Source of the DNA: an uncultured Gammaproteobacteria bacterium
Lineage (GTDB): Bacteria; Patescibacteriota; Microgenomatia; UBA8517
DNA length: 64,000 nucleotides
Assembly (NCBI GenBank): GCA_964617045.1
Contig: CAZTVZ010000001.1
Span: forward strand, 24,521 to 88,520
Direction of reading: 5' to 3'
The translations under genes and the position numbers were made by a program. The notes under the pieces are model-generated. The model ran no database searches and was not told the DNA's origin. It was given only the letters and a program-made list of their open reading frames with translations. This document shows positions 1 through 9,501 of the stretch, one piece after another; position 1 is the stretch's first letter, and the number at the start of each line of letters is the position of its first letter.

Positions 1-407
1 TACTTATCGCCTCTGAACACTTGGTGGGCAGTATCCATGCATATAAAAACCAATTAAATGAAAACTCGAAAACCTTTTCTCTTTCATTTGATATTCCGGA
101 ACTTAACCATCATTTAATGGAAGGTTTGAGATTTCCTCCTCAATTAAAGGAAAATTTGCTTTTTGTGTTTATCAATTCCGATTTGTATTCCGAAGATATT
201 AAAAAAAGATATCCCTTAACCCAAGATGTTGTTGGAAAAAACGAGATTCCCAGCATTAACATATATTTGACCGGGAAAACAAAACTGGAACAAATATATG
301 AAATATTGGTTCTTGGTAGTTTTGTAAGTTTTTACATTGCAGTGTTGTATGGCATCGATCCAACTCCCATTCCTTGGGTTGGCTATTTCAAATCAAAGCT
401 TTCGTAA
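1..407 (+). CDS. C-terminal fragment of a SIS-domain sugar isomerase (bifunctional phosphoglucose/phosphomannose isomerase-like). The 5' end lies outside the window.
   Basis: The frame is open from the window start. The C-terminal motif ...LYGIDPTPIPWVGYFK resembles PGI/PMI family C-termini. Its position ahead of ppsA-eno-gpmI fits a glycolytic cluster. Confidence 0.4.
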   Translation, partial: LIASEHLVGSIHAYKNQLNENSKTFSLSFDIPELNHHLMEGLRFPPQLKENLLFVFINSDLYSEDIKKRYPLTQDVVGKNEIPSINIYLTGKTKLEQIYEILVLGSFVSFYIAVLYGIDPTPIPWVGYFKSKLS

Positions 408-437
408 TTGCTGTTCTGCGTGGTATATTTAATCAGT

Positions 438-2714
438 ATGCCTGTCCATCCCCTAATACTGCCTTTTTCAAAAGTTGATAAACACGACACGGAGATTGTT
501 GGCGGAAAAAGTGCCAACATGGGTGAAATGATCAAGACCGGACTTCCTGTTCCTCCCGGTTTTGCCACAACAACATATGCCTACGACATTTTCTTAAAAG
601 ATAATAATATTGATAAAAATATCTACGAGATACTAAATTCAACTGATGTTGATAATTCTGCGGAGTTGGAAAACGCTTCAAGAAAAATTCATAAAATGAT
701 TGAGAATTCCAAAGTTCCCAAGGAGGTGGCCGAAGAGATAAGGAGTAATTATAAAAAGCTTTCCGGGTTTATGAAAAAAGCCCACGTTGCGGTTAGATCT
801 TCTGCAACCGCTGAAGACATGCCCGGAACTTCTTTTGCTGGTCAACAAGCAACTTTCCTTAATGTTAAAGGAGATAACAGTGTTATAGAAGCCGTTAAAG
901 AGTGTTGGGCATCATTATTTACTCCAAGATCAATATTTTACCGCGTACAAAATAAAATACCCCATGAAAAAGTGAAAATATCTGTCATTGTTCAAAAAAT
1001 GATCCAATCCGTTGTCTCTGGAGTTATGTTTACAGTTGATCCTGTCACAAACGACAAAGAAAAGATTGTAATCGAATCAGTATGGGGTTTGGGAGAGATG
1101 ATTGTTCAAGGTGCAGTTGTACCGGATCACTATGTTGTTCAAAAAGACACCTTTTCGATATTAAGCAAAGTTATTTCAGATCAAAGTAAACAACTTGTCA
1201 GGTCGGGAAATGACAACAGAGAAATTCCCGTTCCGCAAAAATTAATTGGAATTCAAAAGATATCCGACGAATGTATCGTAAAATTGGCTAAATATGCAGA
1301 CAAACTTCAAAAACATTATTATTTTCCACAAGATGCGGAATGGGCATATGATGGAAAAGATCTATTTATTGTTCAAACAAGACCGATAACGACTCTTAAA
1401 GACAAAAAAGAAGTAAAGATCGAAAAGACTGAAAACGGTCAGGAAATCGCACTGACCTCTGTATTAACGGGTTCGCCGGCATCTCCCGGCATAGGATCTG
1501 GTCCAGTAAAAATTGTTAAGTCGCCGAAGGAAATTGGAAGAGTTGAAGCTGGGGATATTTTGGTATCGGTAATGACCTCTCCAGATTTTGTGCCAGCAAT
1601 GAAAAAAGCGTCAGCGATAGTTACAGATCAGGGCGGACAAACATCTCATGCAGCAATTGTCTCAAGAGAGCTTGGTATTCCTTGTGTTGTCGGTACTAAA
1701 ATGGCAACGACTTCCCTCAAAGAGGGTTCTGTTGTTACGGTTGATGGTACGACTGGTCAGGTTTACCTGGGTAGTAAGTTGGAAAAAATAGAAAATATAA
1801 ATGAAACCGAAGAAAAAGTTGTAAGAACAAAAACTGCGACCAAGGTGTATGTAAACTTGGGAGAAACAGAAAGAATCAAAGAAATATCTTCAATGAATGT
1901 TGATGGAGTCGGTCTTTTGAGGGCCGAATTCATGATAGCCAATATCGGTATTCATCCCAAAGAAGCTATCAAAAATAAAGAACAAGGAGATTTTATAAAC
2001 AAGCTCGCCAACAATCTTGCCAAGTTTTGCGATGCATTTGACGGAAAGCCAATTGTATATAGAGCAACTGATTTTAAAACCAATGAATACAGGGCCCTTC
2101 CCGGAGGTAAAGCGTGGGAACCAGAAGAACCCAACCCTTTAATGGGTTATCGAGGAGCATTCAGATATGTTGCCAGTCCTGATGTGTTCAACCTTGAGCT
2201 CCAAGCAATTAAAAAAGTACGAGAAAAATACAGAAATCTTTGGTTGATGATTCCATATGTAAGGTCACCCGAAGAGTTAATGATGGTGCGAAGGATTGTT
2301 GCCGCGGAAGGTTTGTTTGAAAGTCCAACATTTAAATTTTGGATGATGGTTGAGATTCCGACCAATGTGATACAAATTGAAGATTTTATAAAGGTGGGAA
2401 TTGACGGAGTATCTATCGGTTCCAATGATTTAACAATGTTAATAACAGGAACCGACAGAGACAATCCTGAAGTTGCCAAGGCTTTTAACGAAAGATCTCC
2501 CTCGGTTTACTGGGCTTTAAGAAGAGTTATTAAAAAATGTAATAAGAACGGTGTAACTGCTTCTATTTGTGGTCAAGCACCTTCCACTTATGAAGACATG
2601 GTTAGAAAACTGGTCAAATATGGGATAACGAGTATTTCGGTTAATCCCGATGCGGTAAATCGAGTTAGGGGTGTTATCGCAGATGCCGAAAAGGAGCTCA
2701 TACGAAATGGCTAA
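438..2714 (+). CDS. ppsA: Phosphoenolpyruvate synthase (pyruvate, water dikinase)
   Basis: N-terminal ATP-grasp motif GGKSANMGEM. Central PEP-utilising mobile domain GGQTSHAAIVSRELGIPCVVG. C-terminal PEP/pyruvate-binding TIM-barrel motifs (GSNDLTM). About 760 aa. The start is placed at MPVHP; an upstream ATG at 408 is possible. Confidence 0.85.
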   Translation: MPVHPLILPFSKVDKHDTEIVGGKSANMGEMIKTGLPVPPGFATTTYAYDIFLKDNNIDKNIYEILNSTDVDNSAELENASRKIHKMIENSKVPKEVAEEIRSNYKKLSGFMKKAHVAVRSSATAEDMPGTSFAGQQATFLNVKGDNSVIEAVKECWASLFTPRSIFYRVQNKIPHEKVKISVIVQKMIQSVVSGVMFTVDPVTNDKEKIVIESVWGLGEMIVQGAVVPDHYVVQKDTFSILSKVISDQSKQLVRSGNDNREIPVPQKLIGIQKISDECIVKLAKYADKLQKHYYFPQDAEWAYDGKDLFIVQTRPITTLKDKKEVKIEKTENGQEIALTSVLTGSPASPGIGSGPVKIVKSPKEIGRVEAGDILVSVMTSPDFVPAMKKASAIVTDQGGQTSHAAIVSRELGIPCVVGTKMATTSLKEGSVVTVDGTTGQVYLGSKLEKIENINETEEKVVRTKTATKVYVNLGETERIKEISSMNVDGVGLLRAEFMIANIGIHPKEAIKNKEQGDFINKLANNLAKFCDAFDGKPIVYRATDFKTNEYRALPGGKAWEPEEPNPLMGYRGAFRYVASPDVFNLELQAIKKVREKYRNLWLMIPYVRSPEELMMVRRIVAAEGLFESPTFKFWMMVEIPTNVIQIEDFIKVGIDGVSIGSNDLTMLITGTDRDNPEVAKAFNERSPSVYWALRRVIKKCNKNGVTASICGQAPSTYEDMVRKLVKYGITSISVNPDAVNRVRGVIADAEKELIRNG

Positions 2715-3978
2715 GATTGCAAAAGTGTGGGCTAGAGAGATTCTAGATTCAAGAGGTACTCCAACCGTTGAAGGTGCAGTCCTGCTCGATTCTGGACAAG
2801 CGACCGTTGCTTCAGTCCCAGCAGGTGCGTCTACCGGAACACACGAAGCCTTGGAATTGAGGGATAACGAAAACCCTAGATATTTGGGTAAAGGAGTGTG
2901 GAAAGCTGTGAACAATGTTAATACAATTCTGGGCCCTGCGATTATTGGAATGGATCCAATGGATATATTCAAAATCGATCAGAAGTTAATATCTCTTGAT
3001 GGAACTGAAAACAAATCAAAACTGGGAGCAAATGCAATTCTTTCTGTTTCGATGGCTGTTGCAAAGGCTGGTGCTTTAGCTGCTCAAAAAGATTTATATG
3101 TCTGGATTTATTATTTGGCACAACAACTAGGAATGAAGAATTCGGTGAAAGTACCGATACCTTTATTTAACATGATAAACGGTGGATTGCACGGGGCGGG
3201 AAACCTGGACTTTCAGGAGTTTCATATCATTCCAGCTTCGAATAAATCTTTTGCCCATAGTATTCAGATGGGAGTGGAAATATATCACACGATTGGGGAA
3301 AACCTTAAACGTAGAGGTGCTATTCATTCGGTTGGTGACGAAGGTGGGTATGCACCAAATTTATTTACAAATGCAGATGCGCTCGAGGTATTTGTTGAAT
3401 CCATTAAACAAACACAATATTCATTGGGTCGCGACGTGTTTTTGGGTTTGGATGTTGCCGCAAATTCTTTCTATAGTGGTGGTGAATATCAAATCAGGGA
3501 CAAATCGGCACCAATGGACACCACTCATATCCTTGAATTTTATAAGGCTTTAAACGACCAATATCATTTGGCGATATTGGAAGACCCTTTATTTGAAGAT
3601 GCCTTCGAAGAATGGGCAAAGTTAAACGAACTTTTAGGTCAACAAGTGATAATTGTAGGTGATGATTTGTTGGCGACAAATCCGAAAAGGTTGGAAAAAG
3701 CCATTGCTCAAAAATCCTGCAATGCAATATTGATTAAACCCAACCAAATAGGAACTGTATCTGAAACCCTAAAAGTAATTAAGATGGCGAGGGATGCCAA
3801 TTATAAAATTGTTGTTTCTCATAGATCAGGTGAAACAAACGATTGGTTTATTGCCGATTTTGCAACTGGAGTGGGAGCAGATTATTGCAAATTCGGCGCA
3901 CCGGCAAGAGGGGAAAGAGTTGCCAAATACAACAGATTATCATCAATAGAAATCGAACTTTTAAGGTATCAAAAATGA
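2707..3978 (+). CDS. eno: Enolase
   Basis: MAKIAKVWAREILDSRGTPTVE... and SHRSGETED-like motif (SHRSGETNDWFIADFA). 423 aa. The start overlaps the ppsA stop. Confidence 0.95.
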   Translation: MAKIAKVWAREILDSRGTPTVEGAVLLDSGQATVASVPAGASTGTHEALELRDNENPRYLGKGVWKAVNNVNTILGPAIIGMDPMDIFKIDQKLISLDGTENKSKLGANAILSVSMAVAKAGALAAQKDLYVWIYYLAQQLGMKNSVKVPIPLFNMINGGLHGAGNLDFQEFHIIPASNKSFAHSIQMGVEIYHTIGENLKRRGAIHSVGDEGGYAPNLFTNADALEVFVESIKQTQYSLGRDVFLGLDVAANSFYSGGEYQIRDKSAPMDTTHILEFYKALNDQYHLAILEDPLFEDAFEEWAKLNELLGQQVIIVGDDLLATNPKRLEKAIAQKSCNAILIKPNQIGTVSETLKVIKMARDANYKIVVSHRSGETNDWFIADFATGVGADYCKFGAPARGERVAKYNRLSSIEIELLRYQK

Positions 3979-5639
3979 ATCCCGGTAACGAAACCAAACT
4001 TGTATGCCTTCTAATTTTGGACGGTTGGGGTTTGTCCCCGGCTTCAGCTGGTAATGCAATTTCATTAGCTGCTACACCAAACATAAACAGATTCAAATTA
4101 TCCTATCCATATACCCAGCTTACTGCCTCAGGAGAAGCTGTAGGTTTGCCGAAAGGAGAATCCGGTAATACCGAAACAGGACATTTGAATATCGGAGCTG
4201 GAAGAATTGTGTATCAGGATTTGGCGAGAATAAATATGTCTATTGCAGATGGAACGTTTGTGCAAAATCAGGTATTTATTGATGCAATAAATCATGCCAA
4301 GAAGTACGGCTCAAACCTCCATCTAATGGGACTTGTGGGTGCTGGAGGAGTACATTCAAACATTGAGCATTTATTGGCTCTGATCTCTCTTGCCAAAAAA
4401 CAAAATTTCAGCCGTGTGTATTTACATTTGTTTACCGATGGAAGAGATTCTCCCCAAACATCGGCAAAGATATATATTCAACAAATTAAGCAAGAGTTGC
4501 AAAGAAACGGAATAGGAAAAATTGCGTCGATTATGGGTAGATATTGGGCAATGGATAGAGATTTTCGTTGGGATAGGACCGCAAAAGCATATTTTGCACT
4601 TACAAAGGCTCAAGGAAAAGGATTTAGAACTGTCGAGGAAGCCGTAGATGCTTCATATAATCTTGGCAAAACGGATGAATTTATTGAGCCATCGATTATG
4701 ACTGATGAATCGGGTAGAGCTTTAACAACCATAAAAGATAACGATTCGGTAATATTTTTCAATTTCCGGGTTGATAGACCAAGACAACTAACAAGCGCAT
4801 TTATACTTCCTGATTTTGATGTTACCAAAATATCTTGGGAATTTGATCCTTATTCTGATAAATATTTGAAAACACATTTGGTTAAGCCAAAAACACCCGA
4901 AACCACATTTGAAAGAGGAGAACCCTTAAAAAACTTGTATTTTTGTACGATGACTGAATACGCCAAACCCCTGGTTCAATCGGGGTGTAAAGTTGCATTC
5001 AAACCAACAACTATAGAAATGCCTTTGGGAAGAGTAATTGCGGAACATGGATTAAAACAATTACGAGTTGCAGAATCGGAGAAAGAGAGATTTGTTACAT
5101 ATTATTTCAATGGTATGCAGGAAATGGTATTTCCAGGTGAAGAAAGAATGATTATTCCTTCACCAAAAGTACCAACATATGATTTAAAACCGGAAATGAG
5201 TGCCAGAGAATTAACTGAAGGTTTATTGACCAAACTAAGAAGTGCTTCAGATTATTCTTTTATCGTTGTTAATTTTGCAAATCCGGACATGGTGGCTCAT
5301 ACGGGTAATATCGGTGCCGCGACAAAAGCAATAGAAACAGTAGACGAATGTGTCGGAAAGATAGCCAATTTTGTACTCGCTTATGAAGGTGTTGTCTTAA
5401 TTACAGCCGATCATGGAAATGTAGAGGAAATGATTAATCCGCATACTGGGGAAATTGATACGGAACACAACGGAAGTCCCGTTCCATTTATTTTCGTATC
5501 CAGAAATTTCATTGGAAAAAATATTACTCTCCCTGACGGAATATTGGCGGATATTGCGCCAACGGTATTATCTCTTTTGGGAATTACTCCTCCAGCTGAT
5601 ATGACGGGAAGAAATCTACTTGAATCACTTCAGATTTAG
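3975..5639 (+). CDS. gpmI: 2,3-bisphosphoglycerate-independent phosphoglycerate mutase
   Basis: N-terminus LLILDGWG, metal-binding ADHGN motif (ITADHGNVEE), about 555 aa. ATGA start/stop overlap with eno. Confidence 0.9.
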   Translation: MNPGNETKLVCLLILDGWGLSPASAGNAISLAATPNINRFKLSYPYTQLTASGEAVGLPKGESGNTETGHLNIGAGRIVYQDLARINMSIADGTFVQNQVFIDAINHAKKYGSNLHLMGLVGAGGVHSNIEHLLALISLAKKQNFSRVYLHLFTDGRDSPQTSAKIYIQQIKQELQRNGIGKIASIMGRYWAMDRDFRWDRTAKAYFALTKAQGKGFRTVEEAVDASYNLGKTDEFIEPSIMTDESGRALTTIKDNDSVIFFNFRVDRPRQLTSAFILPDFDVTKISWEFDPYSDKYLKTHLVKPKTPETTFERGEPLKNLYFCTMTEYAKPLVQSGCKVAFKPTTIEMPLGRVIAEHGLKQLRVAESEKERFVTYYFNGMQEMVFPGEERMIIPSPKVPTYDLKPEMSARELTEGLLTKLRSASDYSFIVVNFANPDMVAHTGNIGAATKAIETVDECVGKIANFVLAYEGVVLITADHGNVEEMINPHTGEIDTEHNGSPVPFIFVSRNFIGKNITLPDGILADIAPTVLSLLGITPPADMTGRNLLESLQI

Positions 5640-5653
5640 CCTTACTATTAGGT

Positions 5654-6304
5654 GTGAATCCAATATTATTTTTAATTGATTTTATTCTTCATATAGATGT
5701 TCATCTGGGAGAGCTTATTTCAATGTACGGGTTTGCAACGTATGCAATTTTATTCGTAATTATTTTTATTGAAACTGGACTTGTTTTTACTCCATTTTTG
5801 CCGGGAGATTCACTTCTTTTTGCAGCAGGAGCATTTGCAGCGCTTGGATCCTTAAACATATTTGTTGTTATTGGTCTTCTTATTGTTGCGGCAGTATTGG
5901 GAGATACATGTAATTATTGGATTGGCCACTTTTTTGGTCAAAAATTGGTTGACAATCCGAAAGTTCCGATTAAAAAAGAGCATATCGAGGAAACTCAAAA
6001 GTTTTTTGAAAAACACGGTGGAAAAACAATTATTTTGGCTAGATTTGTACCAATTGTGAGGACTTTTGCTCCGTTTGTTGCCGGAATAGGAAAGATGCAT
6101 TACGGCAATTTTATTTCATATAACGTAATTGGAGGTATTACCTGGGTTGTTATTGCCTCGGTTGCTGGCTATTTCTTTGGAAATATTCCTCTCGTAAAAG
6201 AAAACTTCTCAGTTGTTATTATTGCAATTGTATTAATATCTGTCATACCCATGCTTATACCTGTTGTTAAAAAGTGGGTTAAGAAATTGATGAAGAAAAA
6301 TTAA
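5654..6304 (+). CDS. DedA/VTT (SNARE-associated) family membrane protein
   Basis: GDSLLFAAGAF...NYWIGHFFG motif, multiple TM segments, 216 aa. Confidence 0.75.
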   Translation: MNPILFLIDFILHIDVHLGELISMYGFATYAILFVIIFIETGLVFTPFLPGDSLLFAAGAFAALGSLNIFVVIGLLIVAAVLGDTCNYWIGHFFGQKLVDNPKVPIKKEHIEETQKFFEKHGGKTIILARFVPIVRTFAPFVAGIGKMHYGNFISYNVIGGITWVVIASVAGYFFGNIPLVKENFSVVIIAIVLISVIPMLIPVVKKWVKKLMKKN

Positions 6305-6924
6305 TTTCTATAGTATCTTCTGATTAGCCCGACTACTTTTCCTTGAATTTTTACGTTTTTAACAAAGATAGGGGACATTTTAGCGTTCGCAGGTTCCAGT
6401 CTTATTCTCGTGGCCTCTTTGAAAAAGCGTTTTAAAGTAGCCATTCCGTTTTCAAGAAGAGCAACGACGATTTCCCCATTATTGGCGTTGTCTGTTTGTT
6501 CAACAACAACATAATCACCGTCTCTGATTTGTTCTTCTATCATCGATTCTCCCCTGACTTGGAGTACGTAAACTCTTTTTTTGCCGCTTACAAACGGTGC
6601 TGGGATAGACATGGTTGCGTTTGGATCTGTATAGGGTTCGATTGGAGCTCCGGCCGCAATAAACCCAAGAATTGGAACATCCATTCCGCTATTTTCAAAA
6701 TCGATGTTTGTTTGTGTTAAATTAATTGCTCTGGTTTTTCCGAGTTTTCTTTTTATTAAACCTTTTTCTTCAAGAGTTTGTAAGTGTTCATGTACCGTAG
6801 CCAAGGAAGACACCCCAATTGCGGTTGCAATTTGTTTCAAAGTGGGAGCAGAGCCCGTTGATTGAATGTGTTGCTTTATAAAGTCCAATATTTGAGATTG
6901 CCTTTTGTAAATTATCGGTGCCAT
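6301..6924 (-). CDS. lexA: LexA repressor (S24 autopeptidase)
   Basis: N-terminal wHTH (LKQIATAIGVSSLATVHEHLQTLEEKGLI). C-terminal S24 domain with the RGESM catalytic Ser motif (VRGESMIEEQIRDGD) and K in ATLKRF. 207 aa. Confidence 0.85.
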   Translation of the reverse strand: MAPIIYKRQSQILDFIKQHIQSTGSAPTLKQIATAIGVSSLATVHEHLQTLEEKGLIKRKLGKTRAINLTQTNIDFENSGMDVPILGFIAAGAPIEPYTDPNATMSIPAPFVSGKKRVYVLQVRGESMIEEQIRDGDYVVVEQTDNANNGEIVVALLENGMATLKRFFKEATRIRLEPANAKMSPIFVKNVKIQGKVVGLIRRYYRN

Positions 6925-7022
6925 ATTAGATAAAAGATACTAATAAAACCCGAAAGTGTCAACTATATCTTTTATAGTCAAAACCCAAAGTTATACCGAA
7001 AAATGTGCTACAATATTTTGGT

Positions 7023-9044
7023 ATGGATTTTAAAATAAACACAAATTTCACTCCAATTCCGGACCAGAAAAATGCAATAGAAAAACTGGTTCAAGGAGTT
7101 AATGGAAACGATAAATATCAAGTACTTTTGGGGGTTACCGGGTCAGGAAAAACATTTACGATGGCCAATGTAATTGAAAAGTTGAACCGTCCAACTCTTA
7201 TTATTTGTCACAATAAAACATTGGCAGGCCAGTTGTACCAAGAAATGAGAGATTTATTTCCCGAAAATGCCGTAAGCTATTTCGTCTCATATTACGATTA
7301 TTACCAGCCGGAAGCATACATTCCCCAAACAGATACTTATATAGAAAAAGATGCCGATATCAATGAATTAATAGATAAATTAAGACTTGCAGCAACAGCC
7401 AACATATTAACCAGGAAAGACACTATCGTTGTTGCCTCGGTCTCTTGTATTTATAACATTGGATCGCCGAAAGAATACGGTAAATTCGTTTTTGAATTTC
7501 GGGAAGGAGTAAAAATATCACGACAACAAATAATCGATAGGCTTGTTGATTTGCAATACGAAAGAGCCGAATTTGGATTTCATAGAGGAACTTTTCGCGT
7601 TAGGGGGGACGCAATTGATGTTTATCCTGCTTACCAAGATGACGGTATTCGTATTGAATTGGACGAAGAAAAAATTGTCAAAGTAACGTTAATCGATTCG
7701 GCAACCGGTGAAGAGAAGAAAGATGATAAATATGACGGTGATGTATTTACACTTTATCCGGCCAAACACTTCATTACAGATCCAAGAGAGAACGAGGATA
7801 AATACAAACAAATATTAAATGATTTGAACAAAAGAGTTGAGGAATTTAAATCTCAAGGGAAAGATATTGAAGCTCATAGATTGAAGCAAAAAGTTTCATA
7901 TGATCTTGATATGCTCAAAGAATTCGGCTTTGTAAAGGGGATCGAAAATTATTCGAGATATTTTGACGGGAGAGAGCCCGGTGAAGCACCCTATTCTTTA
8001 TTGGATTATTTTAAAGAAGCTTCAAACGGTGAATATTTGGTAATCATCGATGAAAGCCACATGACGTTTCCTCAGATCAGGGGTATGTATAACGGTGACC
8101 AGGCAAGGAAACAAATACTAATTGATTATGGATTCAGATTGCCGTCAGCCATAGATAATCGGCCTCTTAAGTTTGATGAATTTATGCGAAGAATTCCTAA
8201 TTTTATTGCTTGTTCAGCAACACCTAATGAGTGGGAAATTAATCTTTCGGAAGGCAAGGTCATAGAACAGTTGTTAAGACCCACCGGAATACCAGATCCT
8301 GAAGTGGAAATAAGACCAACCGAAAAGCAGGTAAAAGACGTAATTGGTGAAATATCGAAGCAAGTAAAAAAAGGACAACGGACATTGGTCACAACACTTA
8401 CCAAAAAAACTGCAGAAGACTTATCAGGATATTTAAACGAACAAGGTTTCAAGGTACATTATCTACATTCAGATGTAAAAACTTTAGACAGAGGAGATAT
8501 TTTAGATGATTTAAGAAGAGGGAATTATGACGTACTTGTTGGAATCAATCTTTTAAGAGAAGGATTGGATTTGCCTGAAGTTTCCTTGGTTGCAATTCTG
8601 GATGCCGATAAAGAAGGGTTTTTACGTTCCGATGTAACCCTTATCCAAACAATGGGCAGGGCGGCAAGACATGCCGAGGGGAGAGTCATTATGTATGCGG
8701 ACAAAATAACAGGATCTATGGACAGGGCATTGAAAGAAGTAAGACGCAGAAGAGAATATCAAATTAAAGAGAATAAAAAAATGGGAATCGTTCCAAAAAC
8801 GGTTGTAAAACCAATAAGAGAAAAATTGATTGAGAGAGATGCTGAAAATGAGATTGAAAAGCAAATATTCGGTCATGAACCTCTTTATTATTCCCTGCCT
8901 ATGATAGACGTTGACGCATATACTCCGATGGAAAAAAGAAGACTAATTGCCAATCTTAAAAAAGAGATGAGAATTGCTGCACAAGATCTTAATTTTGAGT
9001 TGGCTGCAGAGATTAGAGACAAGATAGCGGAGTTGGATAAATAA
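7023..9044 (+). CDS. uvrB: Excinuclease ABC subunit B
   Basis: Walker A GVTGSGKTFT, beta-hairpin region YYDYYQPEAY, helicase motifs, C-terminal UvrB/UvrC interaction helix. ATG at 7023 chosen over GTG at 7005. Confidence 0.95.
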   Translation: MDFKINTNFTPIPDQKNAIEKLVQGVNGNDKYQVLLGVTGSGKTFTMANVIEKLNRPTLIICHNKTLAGQLYQEMRDLFPENAVSYFVSYYDYYQPEAYIPQTDTYIEKDADINELIDKLRLAATANILTRKDTIVVASVSCIYNIGSPKEYGKFVFEFREGVKISRQQIIDRLVDLQYERAEFGFHRGTFRVRGDAIDVYPAYQDDGIRIELDEEKIVKVTLIDSATGEEKKDDKYDGDVFTLYPAKHFITDPRENEDKYKQILNDLNKRVEEFKSQGKDIEAHRLKQKVSYDLDMLKEFGFVKGIENYSRYFDGREPGEAPYSLLDYFKEASNGEYLVIIDESHMTFPQIRGMYNGDQARKQILIDYGFRLPSAIDNRPLKFDEFMRRIPNFIACSATPNEWEINLSEGKVIEQLLRPTGIPDPEVEIRPTEKQVKDVIGEISKQVKKGQRTLVTTLTKKTAEDLSGYLNEQGFKVHYLHSDVKTLDRGDILDDLRRGNYDVLVGINLLREGLDLPEVSLVAILDADKEGFLRSDVTLIQTMGRAARHAEGRVIMYADKITGSMDRALKEVRRRREYQIKENKKMGIVPKTVVKPIREKLIERDAENEIEKQIFGHEPLYYSLPMIDVDAYTPMEKRRLIANLKKEMRIAAQDLNFELAAEIRDKIAELDK

Positions 9045-9046
9045 GA

Positions 9047-9436
9047 TTATCTGATTCTTGTATTGAAATCTTCCAGTTCGGAAATAAATTTAATATTGTG
9101 TTTTTCTTCCAGCCTAAAAATTGCATGGAATTGATATGCGTAGGTTACGGCAGGAGAGTTGTAGGATTGAATGATTCCGTACCCATATTCTTTATTGTTG
9201 TTTTCGGTTATTTGATCGTAACAGTGATCAAACAGACCCAGCATTGACTTGTTGTTCATAATACCCCTGAATTCAAACATTGATATTTTTCCTGAAGAAA
9301 CGAGATTGTTGAAATTGATTAGATGCCTTGAAATTTCTTCCCTAAGCTCGTCCGCTTCATAGATACTTAAACCATGATTTTTGTAAAAGTCTTCTGCTTC
9401 TTGCAAACTAGGTTCTTTGGGCGTGAATTCGACCAT
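9047..9436 (-). CDS. Hypothetical protein (129 aa), antisense-oriented between uvrB and uvrA
   Basis: Clean ORF filling the uvrB-uvrA gap. No motif recognised. Confidence 0.35.
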   Translation of the reverse strand: MVEFTPKEPSLQEAEDFYKNHGLSIYEADELREEISRHLINFNNLVSSGKISMFEFRGIMNNKSMLGLFDHCYDQITENNNKEYGYGIIQSYNSPAVTYAYQFHAIFRLEEKHNIKFISELEDFNTRIR

Positions 9437-9501
9437 ATCGGTATTTTAACAAAATTGATGATATACTCAAGTGTCCGTCGGAAAACCGATGGAGCTTTTG
9501 T

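Noticed and set aside
3182-3553. 123-aa ORF in an alternative frame inside eno (and similar nested/antisense ORFs, e.g. 8126-8452, 10743-10985, 26637-26978, 39009-39385, 44193-44823, 58475-58725)
   Set aside because: Each is fully embedded in a well-supported conserved gene on the same or opposite strand. None has a recognisable motif. They are typical AT-rich spurious ORFs.
9437-9501. Imperfect palindrome TGATGATATACTCA upstream of uvrA as a LexA box
   Set aside because: Only 10 of 14 positions are symmetric and it has no clear match to the lexA/uvrB-region repeat. Mentioned only as a weak candidate within the SOS finding.
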